64,000 bases of DNA from an uncultured Pseudomonadota bacterium (GTDB lineage Bacteria > Oederibacteriota > Muellerivitia > Muellerivitales > Muellerivitaceae), in NCBI GenBank assembly GCA_963843375.1, contig CAWJKT010000004.1:160001-224000 (forward strand), written 5' to 3'. Positions 30,743-40,445 of this stretch are shown here, piece after piece. Numbering within the stretch: position 1 is the stretch's first letter; each line of letters opens with the position of its first letter. Below the pieces are notes generated by a model. The model was not told where the DNA came from, searched no databases, and was given only the letters and a program-made list of their open reading frames with translations. Made by a program: the position numbers and the translations under genes.

Positions 30743-31597
30743 ATGAAAAGAATTTTGAGTTTCGCTGTAACTTTTTTCATCTTGGCGGGAGTTTCCGCAA
30801 GTAATGCTCAAAATTTATCCACAACTCCATCTGCCAGTGGCCCCACTCCGTCCACGACACCAGGTTCAACCGTTAAGCACCACAAAAAGAAGAAGGCCTC
30901 CGTCCAAGCCACGGTTCAACCCACTGCCCAAATGACTGTATCGCCAACATCAAGTCCTTCGGTTACTCAAACCCTCCCTGTCAAACCGACCTCAACTCCG
31001 ACTGCGATGCCGACCCCAACAAACGTTCCTGAATCCTCTTCGATGGGAGCTATCGCCAATTCGAAAATTTATGACCGCATGGACCTGCCTGGGGACTTAC
31101 GTGGAGCTTTGTTCCGTGCCGTCAAGACATTGACCAGGGTTTCCGTGAAACATGGCCACACGGTTTTCTTGGACCTGGAAAAGGTTTCCGCGAACAAGAT
31201 CGATAAGGAAAGAAGGAACGCCTACGCGCGATTCGAGATTAATGAACTGGAATTAGGGGGAGCTCGCAACCCTTGGATTCTTCTGGCCGGAACTGTTTTC
31301 GAGCAAAGTGGGGATGATTGCAAAGTGGACGGTCCCATCGAAGTGGCAATTGATTTTAAAGATATCAAGATCAATTACGGCGGGAGCAAAATGGGGGAGA
31401 TCCAAAAAGGAAACGATATCGCCGCCCAAGTGTATAAGAAACTCATCAGCCATGACGGCTACCAATTGATATTGCAAGCCAATGACCAGGACAAGGATTC
31501 CAAGTATATGGACGATACAGCGGCCTATACCGTCAAGGCCAGGGATGGATACGTTATTATGGATTTCCCGAATTCCTCCCATGAAGCATCCCGATAA
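30743..31597 (+). CDS. Secreted Pro/Thr-rich hypothetical protein (cassette copy A1)
   Basis: Signal peptide, KHHKKKK, PT-rich linker; close paralog at 32780. Confidence 0.8.
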   Translation: MKRILSFAVTFFILAGVSASNAQNLSTTPSASGPTPSTTPGSTVKHHKKKKASVQATVQPTAQMTVSPTSSPSVTQTLPVKPTSTPTAMPTPTNVPESSSMGAIANSKIYDRMDLPGDLRGALFRAVKTLTRVSVKHGHTVFLDLEKVSANKIDKERRNAYARFEINELELGGARNPWILLAGTVFEQSGDDCKVDGPIEVAIDFKDIKINYGGSKMGEIQKGNDIAAQVYKKLISHDGYQLILQANDQDKDSKYMDDTAAYTVKARDGYVIMDFPNSSHEASR

Positions 31598-31615
31598 ACC
31601 CTGGAGGACTTAGTT

Positions 31616-32695
31616 ATGCGCGAAGTTAAAATGAAAGCATTGGGATGTTTTTTGTTGGTTCTCTTGGCCATGCCGGGCTTTGTCGGAGCCATGAGTTTAG
31701 CCAGCCAATTAAATAATCCCCCTGAACCCTTGAGTGTGGAGGCGGAGGGGATGGGAGAAGCGGTTGTTGCGGACGGAACTCTTTTCAACGCCACGGCTTT
31801 CAACCCGGCCTTACTCTCCAACGCTCCCTATTCCGGGGAATTTAGTTTGGGCTTTGACGCCTCCAGCGGCGTTACCGGGCTCAGCAATTACCTGTCAAGC
31901 GGGTCCACCGACCTTCCCCCCGATACCGTGAATATCGGGGCGGGCTTCAATCTCGCACTGAAGTTCGACGACCATTGGGGTTTCCAGGTTTACAACAATA
32001 GCCACGGATTTTTCCAACTCAAGCTTCCCGGTACGGTGGAAACAATCACCGGGCCAGACTATCTCGACACGGTGGCCCTGGCCACCTACAACTTCAAACC
32101 CCTGGAGGATGAAACTCCACTGACGGTCGGGGTCAATCTAAAGATTGTGGACCATCGCGTCGGGACCATTGACAGTTCTGAAACCCCAGGCAATTTCTCC
32201 AATTTCAACAGCGAGTTTCATCCTTCCACCTTGCGTTGGGGGTTGGATTTAGGTCTGCTTTATGAATTCCAACAGGAACATGCCGCCTTAGGTCTTTCGG
32301 CACTCGACCTTTTTCACTCCGCTGGGACGATCGATGACACCGTGGGAGATCCCCTTTACGGGGTCAATATGGATCCGGCCCCTGTAGTGGTCAAGTGTGG
32401 CGCGTCCTGGAACCCCATTGGTCCATTCGTCTTGAACGCCGATGTGGACGATCTTTTTTCCGATACCGCTTTTTATTCTCAAAACCCGGGTTTGGGGTCC
32501 CACGTGAAGTTGGGGGCCGCCCTTAACCTGTTTCTCATTCAATTGAAAGGCGGTCTATCCAATGGCAATGTGAGCTTGGGGTTTCGGATTCCATTCCTGG
32601 GTTTGGATTGCGCTTATGCGGTTGATAATTTGAACGCCGTGGATAATACGAATCAGGTTTATAGCTTCTTCTTTGATTTTAAGGTTGAAAAGTGA
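31616..32695 (+). CDS. TraF-like outer-membrane beta-barrel protein (cassette copy B1)
   Basis: Signal peptide, GMGEA..NPALL, GLDLGLLY, aromatic C-terminal strand. Confidence 0.6.
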   Translation: MREVKMKALGCFLLVLLAMPGFVGAMSLASQLNNPPEPLSVEAEGMGEAVVADGTLFNATAFNPALLSNAPYSGEFSLGFDASSGVTGLSNYLSSGSTDLPPDTVNIGAGFNLALKFDDHWGFQVYNNSHGFFQLKLPGTVETITGPDYLDTVALATYNFKPLEDETPLTVGVNLKIVDHRVGTIDSSETPGNFSNFNSEFHPSTLRWGLDLGLLYEFQQEHAALGLSALDLFHSAGTIDDTVGDPLYGVNMDPAPVVVKCGASWNPIGPFVLNADVDDLFSDTAFYSQNPGLGSHVKLGAALNLFLIQLKGGLSNGNVSLGFRIPFLGLDCAYAVDNLNAVDNTNQVYSFFFDFKVEK

Positions 32696-32779
32696 TTTAG
32701 CGGGGTTTGGTTGTGTAGCAATTTTTGCGATTTTTAATGCATTTGATGGATTTCGAAAAAAGTTAAGGAGTTAGTTTCC

Positions 32780-33637
32780 ATGAAAAAGAAAATTATATTT
32801 TGGGTAGCGTTGTTCATCTTGGCAGAAGTCTCCGTCGGAAGGGCGCAAAATTCATCCTCCACGCCCACCATCAGCGGTCCTACCCCTTCCACGACTCCCT
32901 CTTCGTCCGTCAAACACCACAAAAAGAAGAAAAAAGCCTCCGCAAAAGCCACGGTCCAGCCCACAGTCCAAATGACCGTTTCACCAACCGTGAGCCCCTC
33001 GGTGACGCCGATCATTGCCACCAAACCCACAGCTACGGCTACAGCGACGGCAACGCAGGCAGCTGTTTCCGAACAGTCTTCCATGGGAGCTATTTCCAGC
33101 TTCAAAATTTACGACCGGGTCAACATGCCGGGAGATTTCCGCAGAGCTGTCACCCATGCCGTCCAGACATTGAACCGGGCTTCCTTGAGGCATGGCCACA
33201 CGGTTTTCTTGGACTTGACAAAGGTTTCCTCGAACAAGATGGATCAGGAAAAAAAGAAGGCCTACGCGCGCTTCGAGGTTAACGAACTGGAATTCGGCGG
33301 GCCCCGCAATCCTTGGATCCTGCTGGCCGGAACCGTTTTCGAACAAAGCGGCGATGATTGCAAGGTAGACGGTCTTATAGAAGTGGCGGTTGATTTCAAG
33401 GACATCAAGATCGACTACCAGGGGTCCAAGCTAGGCGAAATTCAAAAGGGGACTGATATCGCTGAGCAGGTGTATGAGATTCTTAATAGCCATTCGGACT
33501 ATCAGTTGATATTACAGGCTAATGATCAGGATAAGGATTCCAAGTATATGGACCAAACGTCGGCTTACATAGCCAAGGCTAGGGATGGGTATGCGATTAT
33601 GGATTTCCTGGTTTCATCCCATGAATCATCCCGATAA
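32780..33637 (+). CDS. Secreted Pro/Thr-rich hypothetical protein (cassette copy A2)
   Basis: Shares GPTPSTTP, HGHTVFLDL, RNPWILLAGTVFEQSGDDCKVDG, LILQANDQDKDSKYMD with A1. Confidence 0.8.
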   Translation: MKKKIIFWVALFILAEVSVGRAQNSSSTPTISGPTPSTTPSSSVKHHKKKKKASAKATVQPTVQMTVSPTVSPSVTPIIATKPTATATATATQAAVSEQSSMGAISSFKIYDRVNMPGDFRRAVTHAVQTLNRASLRHGHTVFLDLTKVSSNKMDQEKKKAYARFEVNELEFGGPRNPWILLAGTVFEQSGDDCKVDGLIEVAVDFKDIKIDYQGSKLGEIQKGTDIAEQVYEILNSHSDYQLILQANDQDKDSKYMDQTSAYIAKARDGYAIMDFLVSSHESSR

Positions 33638-33660
33638 CCCATTTCCTGGAGGAGCCTGTT

Positions 33661-35189
33661 ATGCAAAGTATTAAAATGAGACTTTTAGGGTGTTTTCTTT
33701 TAGTCTTCCTGACTTTGCCGGGCCATGCCGGGGCCTTTGATTTAGGCAATTTGGGGACGCAATTTAATGTTCCGCCTGCCCAATTCAACGTGACGGCGGA
33801 AGGTATGGGGGAAGCGGGGGTGGCCGATGGAACTTTTTACAACGGTACCGTCATGAACCCCGCGCTATTAGCCAACGCGTCCCATTTTGTGGAAATAACC
33901 ATTCCAGGTTTCAGTATCTCCAACGATATTTTCTCAATGACGAACTACTTGACGAATTCCAACAACATCAATAACCTTCAAAACGCATTCCAAAATCTAG
34001 CGCCCTCGATGAAAGAAATCACCCAGGGTTTGCAACAGGTTTCCAGCGATCCGTCCGCCGTGACACAGATCAATCAAGGGCTTGCGGGCGTCCAAAACGC
34101 CATTTCCAACCTCCAGACTGCGGCGGCCACTCTAACGGATAAAAACATTCAATTGGGGGCCGGATTTAATATCGCCATGAAAATTGACGACCACTGGGGT
34201 TTCGAAATCTACAACAATACCCATGGAGTTCTTCAAATCACTCAGGAAGGTACGCTTCAGGCCCTGGAACAAATGGCGGCCCTGCCTACATTAAGTGGGT
34301 CCAGTCCCGCGTCTATTTATAGTGCCGCCAGTACATTTTTGGGGTCGGCCGTTTCGGTTCTCCAAGGACTTTTGCCCAGTCCCAAGCCGTCTCACTGCAA
34401 GCTGCGGTGACTGCCTTACAAGCCAATGAAACCACCCAAGGTGTCAGCATTTTTGCAAACACCGTATCCAACATTGTTTCGACTGTTAACCAGACGACCT
34501 TCCAAAAGGCGCTCCTGCAGAATATTGCCGAGGTAACGGGGTTGGTTTATACCGACACGGTGGCCATGGCCACCTATAGCTTCAACCCCCTGGAGGATGG
34601 GACACCTTTTACGGTTGGCGCCAATTTAAAGGTGGTCAATCGTCGTATCGGCTACATGAATAGTTATTGGCTGAGCCAGCAAAATCTCAATGATTTCTCC
34701 AACATTACCAACGGGTTGAAAAACGACATTGACCAGAGCACTTTCCGCTTTGGGATGGACCTGGGACTTCTTTACGAGTTCGAGGAACTCGGACTTTCAG
34801 TGGGGGCATCGGCCGAGGACCTTCTGCATACCTCGGCAACCATCACCACCCAGCCGGGGGACCCACTCTACGGCATCATCACCGACCCGGCCCCCACCGT
34901 GATAGCCCTTGGCGCTTCCTGGCATCCCCTCGACCCGATCATCTTGAATGCGGATCTGGACGACTTATTTTCGGCCACCTCCTATTACGAGGGCATGGAT
35001 ATCTTTTCCCACACGAAATTGGGGGCTGCTTTTAACTTACTGGGCTTCCTGCAATTGCGGGGTGGTGTTTCCAATAGTAATTTAAGCTTTGGCTTTGGCG
35101 TTCCATTTATGGGATTGAATTACGCCTATGCGGAGGACGATTTGACTCAAAGTTATAACCACTATCTCAGTTTTGGAGCGAACTTTTAA
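33661..35189 (+). CDS. TraF-like beta-barrel protein with helical insertions (copy B2); frameshift near 34380 splits it into two ORFs
   Basis: First ORF has GMGEA/NPALL/DDHWGF, second has DTVAMATY/GMDLGLLY as in the single B1 ORF; ends HYLSFGANF. Confidence 0.65.
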
Positions 35190-35404
35190 TCTGGAAAATC
35201 GCTTAATCAGATGGAAGAAATTCAATTTTTTGTTTTCTATTCGGCCAAATTCCATTTTTTCTTAATAAACCCTAAAATTTATAAGCTTCAACTAAGTATC
35301 GGATTTGTCCTTAATGCTTATTTAGAATGTTCCTTGAAAAGCCACCTTTTTCTGAATAAACTACGCCCCTTCCATTACAACTTGGCTGAGGAATGGAAGA
35401 CTTT

Positions 35405-35481
35405 GGACGTTTAGCTCAGTTGGTTAGAGCGTCGCGTTCACATCGCGAAGGTCACTGGTTCAAGTCCAGTAACGTCCACCA
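35405..35481 (+). tRNA. tRNA-Val (anticodon CAC)
   Basis: Acceptor GGACGTT/AACGTCC, D-arm GCTC..GAGC, anticodon arm TCGCG-TTCACAT-CGCGA, GGTTCAAGTCC T-loop, encoded CCA. Confidence 0.97.
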
Positions 35482-35486
35482 TCCAT

Positions 35487-35518
35487 GCCCTACCTTTAAA
35501 AAGGTAGGGCGCATTTTT
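35487..35518 (+). terminator. Intrinsic terminator after tRNA-Val
   Basis: Perfect stem GCCCTACCTT/AAGGTAGGGC, then GCATTTTT. Confidence 0.8.
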
Positions 35519-35551
35519 AAAGAGAAATGAAAATCCGGGTTCTTCGCCTTA

Positions 35552-35579
35552 TTGTCTCCCATCAGGTCTTTGTTACAAT
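35552..35579 (+). promoter_or_regulatory. Sigma70-type promoter, likely leaderless, for the SRAP gene
   Basis: TTGTCT-16 nt-TACAAT with extended TG; ATG 6 nt downstream; no SD. Confidence 0.55.
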
Positions 35580-35585
35580 ATTTGC

Positions 35586-36275
35586 ATGTGCTCACGTTTC
35601 GTCCTTAAAAGCCCGCCGAAAGCCCTCGCTAACCTCTTTAAATTGGAAAAGGCCGTTGACTGGAAGTCCCGGTTCAATGTCGCTCCATCTCAAAAAATTC
35701 CAGTCGTAATTAAAACCATGGAAAACAGCAAGAGGGAAATGAAGCTTTTACAGTGGGGATTCATTGCTTCCTGGACCCAAGGCGGGCGCCTATTGGTCAA
35801 CGTGCAAAGCGAGAACATCCGGGAAAAACCGATTCTGGAAGAGTCCTTCGAGAAGTGGCGTTGCCTAATTCCCGTAGACGGTTTTTACGAGTGGCGGCAC
35901 CAGGCCAAGGAAACCCATCCCTATTTCATCCAAATGAAGGACAAAAAGCCTTTCGCCTTGGCGGGTCTTTGGTGCCCGCAAAAATTGGAAGATAAGACAC
36001 TTGAGGTTTGCGCGATTCTGACGACTACACCCAATGATGTGGTTAGGGTTGTGCATGACCGGATGCCGGTAGTTTTAAACCCCAAGGATTATGATCTTTG
36101 GCTGAATTCGGACGACGTGAGGGATTTCAGGGAGATCGAAAAGCTATTCAGACCTTATCCGGCCGGGGAAATGGAAGCCTACCAGGTGGGTGCCTGGGTG
36201 AACAACGTCACCCACGATGACGAGAAGTGCATTGAGCTTTCCACCGGACCCGAAACCTTGTCATTCAATTTTTAA
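35586..36275 (+). CDS. SOS response-associated peptidase (SRAP, YedK/HMCES abasic-site protein)
   Basis: N-terminal MCSRF (Cys2), FNVAPSQ, RCLIPVDGFYEW, FALAGLW, HDRMPVVL. Confidence 0.93.
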   Translation: MCSRFVLKSPPKALANLFKLEKAVDWKSRFNVAPSQKIPVVIKTMENSKREMKLLQWGFIASWTQGGRLLVNVQSENIREKPILEESFEKWRCLIPVDGFYEWRHQAKETHPYFIQMKDKKPFALAGLWCPQKLEDKTLEVCAILTTTPNDVVRVVHDRMPVVLNPKDYDLWLNSDDVRDFREIEKLFRPYPAGEMEAYQVGAWVNNVTHDDEKCIELSTGPETLSFNF

Positions 36276-36329
36276 ACTTAATTGAAAATCTTTTTGCTGC
36301 CTGATAAGTCTCCAGCCGAAGCGCTCGGC

Positions 36330-39300
36330 TTAATGAGAGGAGGGTTGAAAAGGGATTATTTTTTCTTGAATAAGCTTTTGGGCCAAAAGATATCCCTTGA
36401 AAAAATAACCGCCCGAATTTTGATGGAAAGTGCTCGCGAATTCCGCCACTGGAAAATAACTTTGCCTTAAGGCGGTAAAAGGCGCGGCCAAATCCAGGTA
36501 GGGAATACCCGCCATTCCCGCCACATCCCCCCAAAGCTTCCGAAATGGTTCCACTTGGACAAGGTTCCCATGGCTTCCGGCTGGGAAAAAAAACATTCCC
36601 AAAGCTACTGGCTGGCCCTGGCTCGTTTGCATGGAGGAAAGCTTTTTGCGCAAAAGGGCGATGGGTTTGCTGTAAAGAAAGACAATATCGGCTTGGTCCT
36701 TTCTATCGGCCAACACTCCGGGCATGTCCAAACCATCCAACTCATCCTTTCCTCCCGCGACAATTCGAAGATGCCTTCGGAAGATATCCCCCTCTCTGCC
36801 GGAAGGCAATTGTTCCTTAAAAGACTTGAGCAAAAATTCGGGGTCCTGTTTCCAAGCGGGAATGCCCTCGGAGGTGAGAGGCCGCTGGTAATAAGCCCTA
36901 AAGTTTTGGGAGGGAGCCGAACTCATTCCCATCAATACAAGGTCAATGTCATATTTTTTGACTACGTCCGGGTCTAAGTAATAGTTCCATAGAAATGGCG
37001 GATAATCGTCGCCGTTGCCAAAGGCATAATTAATTACCTCAAAGTGGGTCGGACTCCCCTCTAAAGACGCTTCGGTGTTCAAAAAGATCTGAAGTCGCTT
37101 GGCCAGGTTTTCCATGTTATTGTTCCCGAAATCATTTCGGAACACGTGAGAATCGCCGGTAATCATAATCCGAAAAGTGTGTTCCGGTTTATGGGGGGGG
37201 TATTGGTAATCCGGCACCCCATCGGGAAGGGGATGATAGGGGTCCGGGTTTGCCTTGAAATCGTCATCCGAGAGACAGAAAACCTGATTTAAGGTAGGGG
37301 AAGTCAGGAAAAGTTTTTGCTCCCACTTTCCCCCGGTTATCAAACCTACGGGTTCCCCTCCGTTATTTCCCCCCAAGAAAGCTGAAAAATCGAAAGGGAC
37401 GGGATTTAAAAGGGTTTCCCAAATGGACATGGCCCGGGTGGTTGGTTCCGTATCCACTCGAATCCAGGATACTGGCGATCCCGCAAGAGCGTAAAGACAA
37501 TCTCCCAATGCCGCCATTGCGCAAACAGAGGATCCATTCCAAAGGGGGGTTAGGGAAGTCTTTTTCTCTTCTGGGGAGCCAGATACCGTTACGGTTCGAA
37601 TTCCAGGAAGGGTCAAGTCCGACAAGCAAAGATTACCATGAAAAAGGGTCATGGCCGCAGGTTGTGGAGAGCGAGAGTCCTTTTCCAAAAGGACAGTTAG
37701 TTCAAGGGTTTTAAATGAAATCATGTCCAGGCGGCCTTGAGTAGGTTCGGACAAATAAAGGGCATCCGAGGAGGTGTCATAAACCATGTTGAAAACTTCC
37801 GATAAGCGGCCAGTTTCCACCGGTTGACCTTTTTGCTTTAAAGGAAGCGTGGATACACTGCCGGATTTGGAGTTAATTTCCCGTAGGAGACCCTTTTGGG
37901 CGTCATAAACGACCAAGCCCTGGGGAACGGCGGCCAAGAGGGTAGGCTGCTCGAAAGAAGCTTGGTTCAAGGGCCCATCCCTGTTCCCCGATTCATCGTT
38001 ACCCGACAAGGTTTCCACTTCGTTGGAATGTTCCAGGTGGATTACCCGTATCCGGTGATTGCCCGGATCGGCCACGTAAAGGTCCGACCCATCAGCGCTC
38101 AAAGCCAAGCCTGTGGGGGAGTGGAATAGGGCCGAGGCAAAATCCCCTTCCCGGAAACCGGCCGCACCCTCTCCCGCAACCAAGTCAGTGAACTGTCTTA
38201 AGGGTTCAAGGGTTTCAGGTGTTTCCGTAAAAGGCTTGAGGGCTCCCTCAGGGGTAAGATCCGCAATTAGTAGCCGGCGGGCCAAAAGTCCCCCCAACAA
38301 ATCGGCGCCTTTCACGTTGAGTTTAGGCTGGGGCCCATCTTCCCCGAGGGGAAAGAAAGAAGGCCGCAAAAGGGTCCAATCCCGGGTTAGGTCAAGAAAA
38401 GATATGTTTTTTTCCCTGCAAAACCCCGTCCAAAAAGCCCGATCCTCTTCTACGGAAGGGATGGCGACACCGGCTGTACCGGGCAAGAAGGCCACTTGGA
38501 AAGCTGAAGCGGGATGTCCTGTTTTTTGCCATTGCCCCACGGATTGCTCCACCCAATCCGGAGAGGGAAGGGAATGGCTCGAGGATTCCAAACAGAGGAC
38601 CAAGTCAATGTCATAGGTTTGGGCAATGGGAATCAATGCCCCGGAGCTGTCGAAAGCCATCACCTCGAAGGAGGCATTCCATCCCTTCAAGGCCGCCTCA
38701 GTGTTGAGCATCAGCTCCAGCCGTTGGGGAGCTGTGGCCAGCGAAGGAAGGGCATGAGACGGTTCGGAACCGCCTGGAAGTGCCCCTGAATCCAACAAAG
38801 GATCAGCCACGACCAGGATTCGGACGGTATCTTTGGGTTTTGCGGGGGGATGTCCATAGGGTCTAAAACCCATCCATTGGGTTGGGGCAGAGTATTTTTC
38901 GGCGAGGTCACGAAAAGAAACGATTTCGTTCCGTGATGGAATGGCCAAGAGAAATGACCATTGTTCACGCGGATCGGAAATGAAACAAACTGGAGGGTCG
39001 TCCTGGAAAGGAAACCAATATTCCGAGGGCGGATGTTGCCCTGATTTATCCCATTGAATTTTGGTATCCCAAACGAATGGAAAATCAACATTTCGGATGG
39101 GTTTGAGGCAAACGAAGGGAGGATCGGTTTTTTGGAAGGCATAAAGGTTCTTGCCAGAGGGGATTAAGCCGAGGATAGACTTGCCTTGGGTTATCTCAAT
39201 CAAATCCGCCGGAGTTTGGTTCTTAGTTGGTATCGTAACCTGGAAAACCGAGGGTAATTCCCGATCGGCCACCAGAAGACGTCCCTGCCAAAGACAAAGC

Positions 39301-39959
39301 GCCCGAGGTTGAGGCACCTGGGAAGAATGGTCCAAGAGTACCTGAATATCATGGGTACCCAAGTCCAACCGCCGCAAAACATTCTTCAATGATTGGGTGA
39401 AATAAAGGGATTGGGTGGAAGGATCAAAAACCACTTCATCCACTTGCGCCAGGGAAAGGCCATGGGTTTCCTTGTCACCGCTGCGTACCAGGGTGGATAC
39501 GGTTTTTTGGGAAAGGTCCAAGAGGCGGAAAGACTCATCCGCAATATCGTAAACCAATAGACGGTCAGGAGATATCTCAAGAATCCGGTAGGGTTTATTG
39601 AAAGAAGCTACCGTCAAAGGCCCATCCAGGTGTCCCGGTTCCTCGCATCCCGCCAGGGTGGAGACTTCGTTTTGTTTTGTAAAATCGATGGCGCGGATAC
39701 AGTGGTTGTCCTGATCGGCAACATAAAGGAAATGGTTGTCTGAACTTAAAGTTAATGAAGTTGGGGAATGAAATTGAGCGTCGGCGAAAAAACCATCCTT
39801 CCGCCCCGGGTCGCCCTGTCCGGCCACTAGGTCATGAAAAGAGTGTATAGGTCCCAGGGCCCAGGATAGGTGAGAAGGAAATAAAAATGAGCCGTAAAGA
39901 AAAATAATAGCGATCCTGAAAACCGGGATGGGGTCCATTTTTTCGGGGGCTTGTTCCAT
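36330..39959 (-). CDS. Tandem 2x(NHL propeller + SGNH-like) secreted protein
   Basis: Two DLVAG..G..DG/EG + YVAD..NH.IR modules; TVRILVVADP (module 1) and TFRIMITGDS (module 2). Confidence 0.75.
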   Translation of the reverse strand: MEQAPEKMDPIPVFRIAIIFLYGSFLFPSHLSWALGPIHSFHDLVAGQGDPGRKDGFFADAQFHSPTSLTLSSDNHFLYVADQDNHCIRAIDFTKQNEVSTLAGCEEPGHLDGPLTVASFNKPYRILEISPDRLLVYDIADESFRLLDLSQKTVSTLVRSGDKETHGLSLAQVDEVVFDPSTQSLYFTQSLKNVLRRLDLGTHDIQVLLDHSSQVPQPRALCLWQGRLLVADRELPSVFQVTIPTKNQTPADLIEITQGKSILGLIPSGKNLYAFQKTDPPFVCLKPIRNVDFPFVWDTKIQWDKSGQHPPSEYWFPFQDDPPVCFISDPREQWSFLLAIPSRNEIVSFRDLAEKYSAPTQWMGFRPYGHPPAKPKDTVRILVVADPLLDSGALPGGSEPSHALPSLATAPQRLELMLNTEAALKGWNASFEVMAFDSSGALIPIAQTYDIDLVLCLESSSHSLPSPDWVEQSVGQWQKTGHPASAFQVAFLPGTAGVAIPSVEEDRAFWTGFCREKNISFLDLTRDWTLLRPSFFPLGEDGPQPKLNVKGADLLGGLLARRLLIADLTPEGALKPFTETPETLEPLRQFTDLVAGEGAAGFREGDFASALFHSPTGLALSADGSDLYVADPGNHRIRVIHLEHSNEVETLSGNDESGNRDGPLNQASFEQPTLLAAVPQGLVVYDAQKGLLREINSKSGSVSTLPLKQKGQPVETGRLSEVFNMVYDTSSDALYLSEPTQGRLDMISFKTLELTVLLEKDSRSPQPAAMTLFHGNLCLSDLTLPGIRTVTVSGSPEEKKTSLTPLWNGSSVCAMAALGDCLYALAGSPVSWIRVDTEPTTRAMSIWETLLNPVPFDFSAFLGGNNGGEPVGLITGGKWEQKLFLTSPTLNQVFCLSDDDFKANPDPYHPLPDGVPDYQYPPHKPEHTFRIMITGDSHVFRNDFGNNNMENLAKRLQIFLNTEASLEGSPTHFEVINYAFGNGDDYPPFLWNYYLDPDVVKKYDIDLVLMGMSSAPSQNFRAYYQRPLTSEGIPAWKQDPEFLLKSFKEQLPSGREGDIFRRHLRIVAGGKDELDGLDMPGVLADRKDQADIVFLYSKPIALLRKKLSSMQTSQGQPVALGMFFFPAGSHGNLVQVEPFRKLWGDVAGMAGIPYLDLAAPFTALRQSYFPVAEFASTFHQNSGGYFFKGYLLAQKLIQEKIIPFQPSSH

Positions 39960-39970
39960 GGCTGCCCTTT

Positions 39971-40445
39971 TTAGCGTTTTTTCTTTTGTCCCCGAATTAC
40001 CGCCGAGCTGTCAGGGGTTTCCCATAACGCCACCTCCACCAACCGGACCATTTCCAGTTGGAGTGGTTTTTCCAATAGCTTCCAAATAACCCATGCCATG
40101 TTTTCAGCGGTAGGCTGCACCTTGGGATTGGACTTGAATGGCTCCACCTCTTTATTGATAAAGCGGTGGTCGAATCGTCCGAAAATTTCCCGGTACAATA
40201 TTTCTTTTAAAATGCGGAAATCAATCACAAAACCCGTCTCCTCTTTGATCGGGCCTTGAACCCGTACCGCCAGACCGGTAGGAATGGCCGTGGGGATAAT
40301 GAAGCGCCTTAGGGTCATCCTTGCGGTAACCGGCGCATTTACGGAACACCTCCAGGTTTTTAGAACGGTCCCATTTGGGATTGTGCAGGTAATGGGCCGC
40401 CTCAAAGGTTATTTCCTTGGTCACTTCAGCCATCGGTTTATTCAT
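39971..40445 (-). CDS. queD: 6-carboxytetrahydropterin synthase / PTPS family; one extra base near 40275
   Basis: FEAAH..KC..HGHSYR in one frame; GFVIDF..FDHRFIN..PTAENMA..LWET in the other. Confidence 0.85.

Noticed and set aside
33647..33661. 14-nt match GGAGGAGCCTGTTA also found upstream of the 60674 gene on the minus strand
   Set aside because: Matches of this length are expected by chance in 64 kb, and it includes an SD core
31616..35189. Conjugative element suggested by TraF-like genes
   Set aside because: No relaxase, VirB4, coupling protein or pilin; such barrels occur outside conjugation systems
35405..36275. Genomic island or prophage integrated at tRNA-Val (SRAP gene adjacent)
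   Set aside because: No integrase or phage genes, and no duplicated tRNA 3' end found by eye
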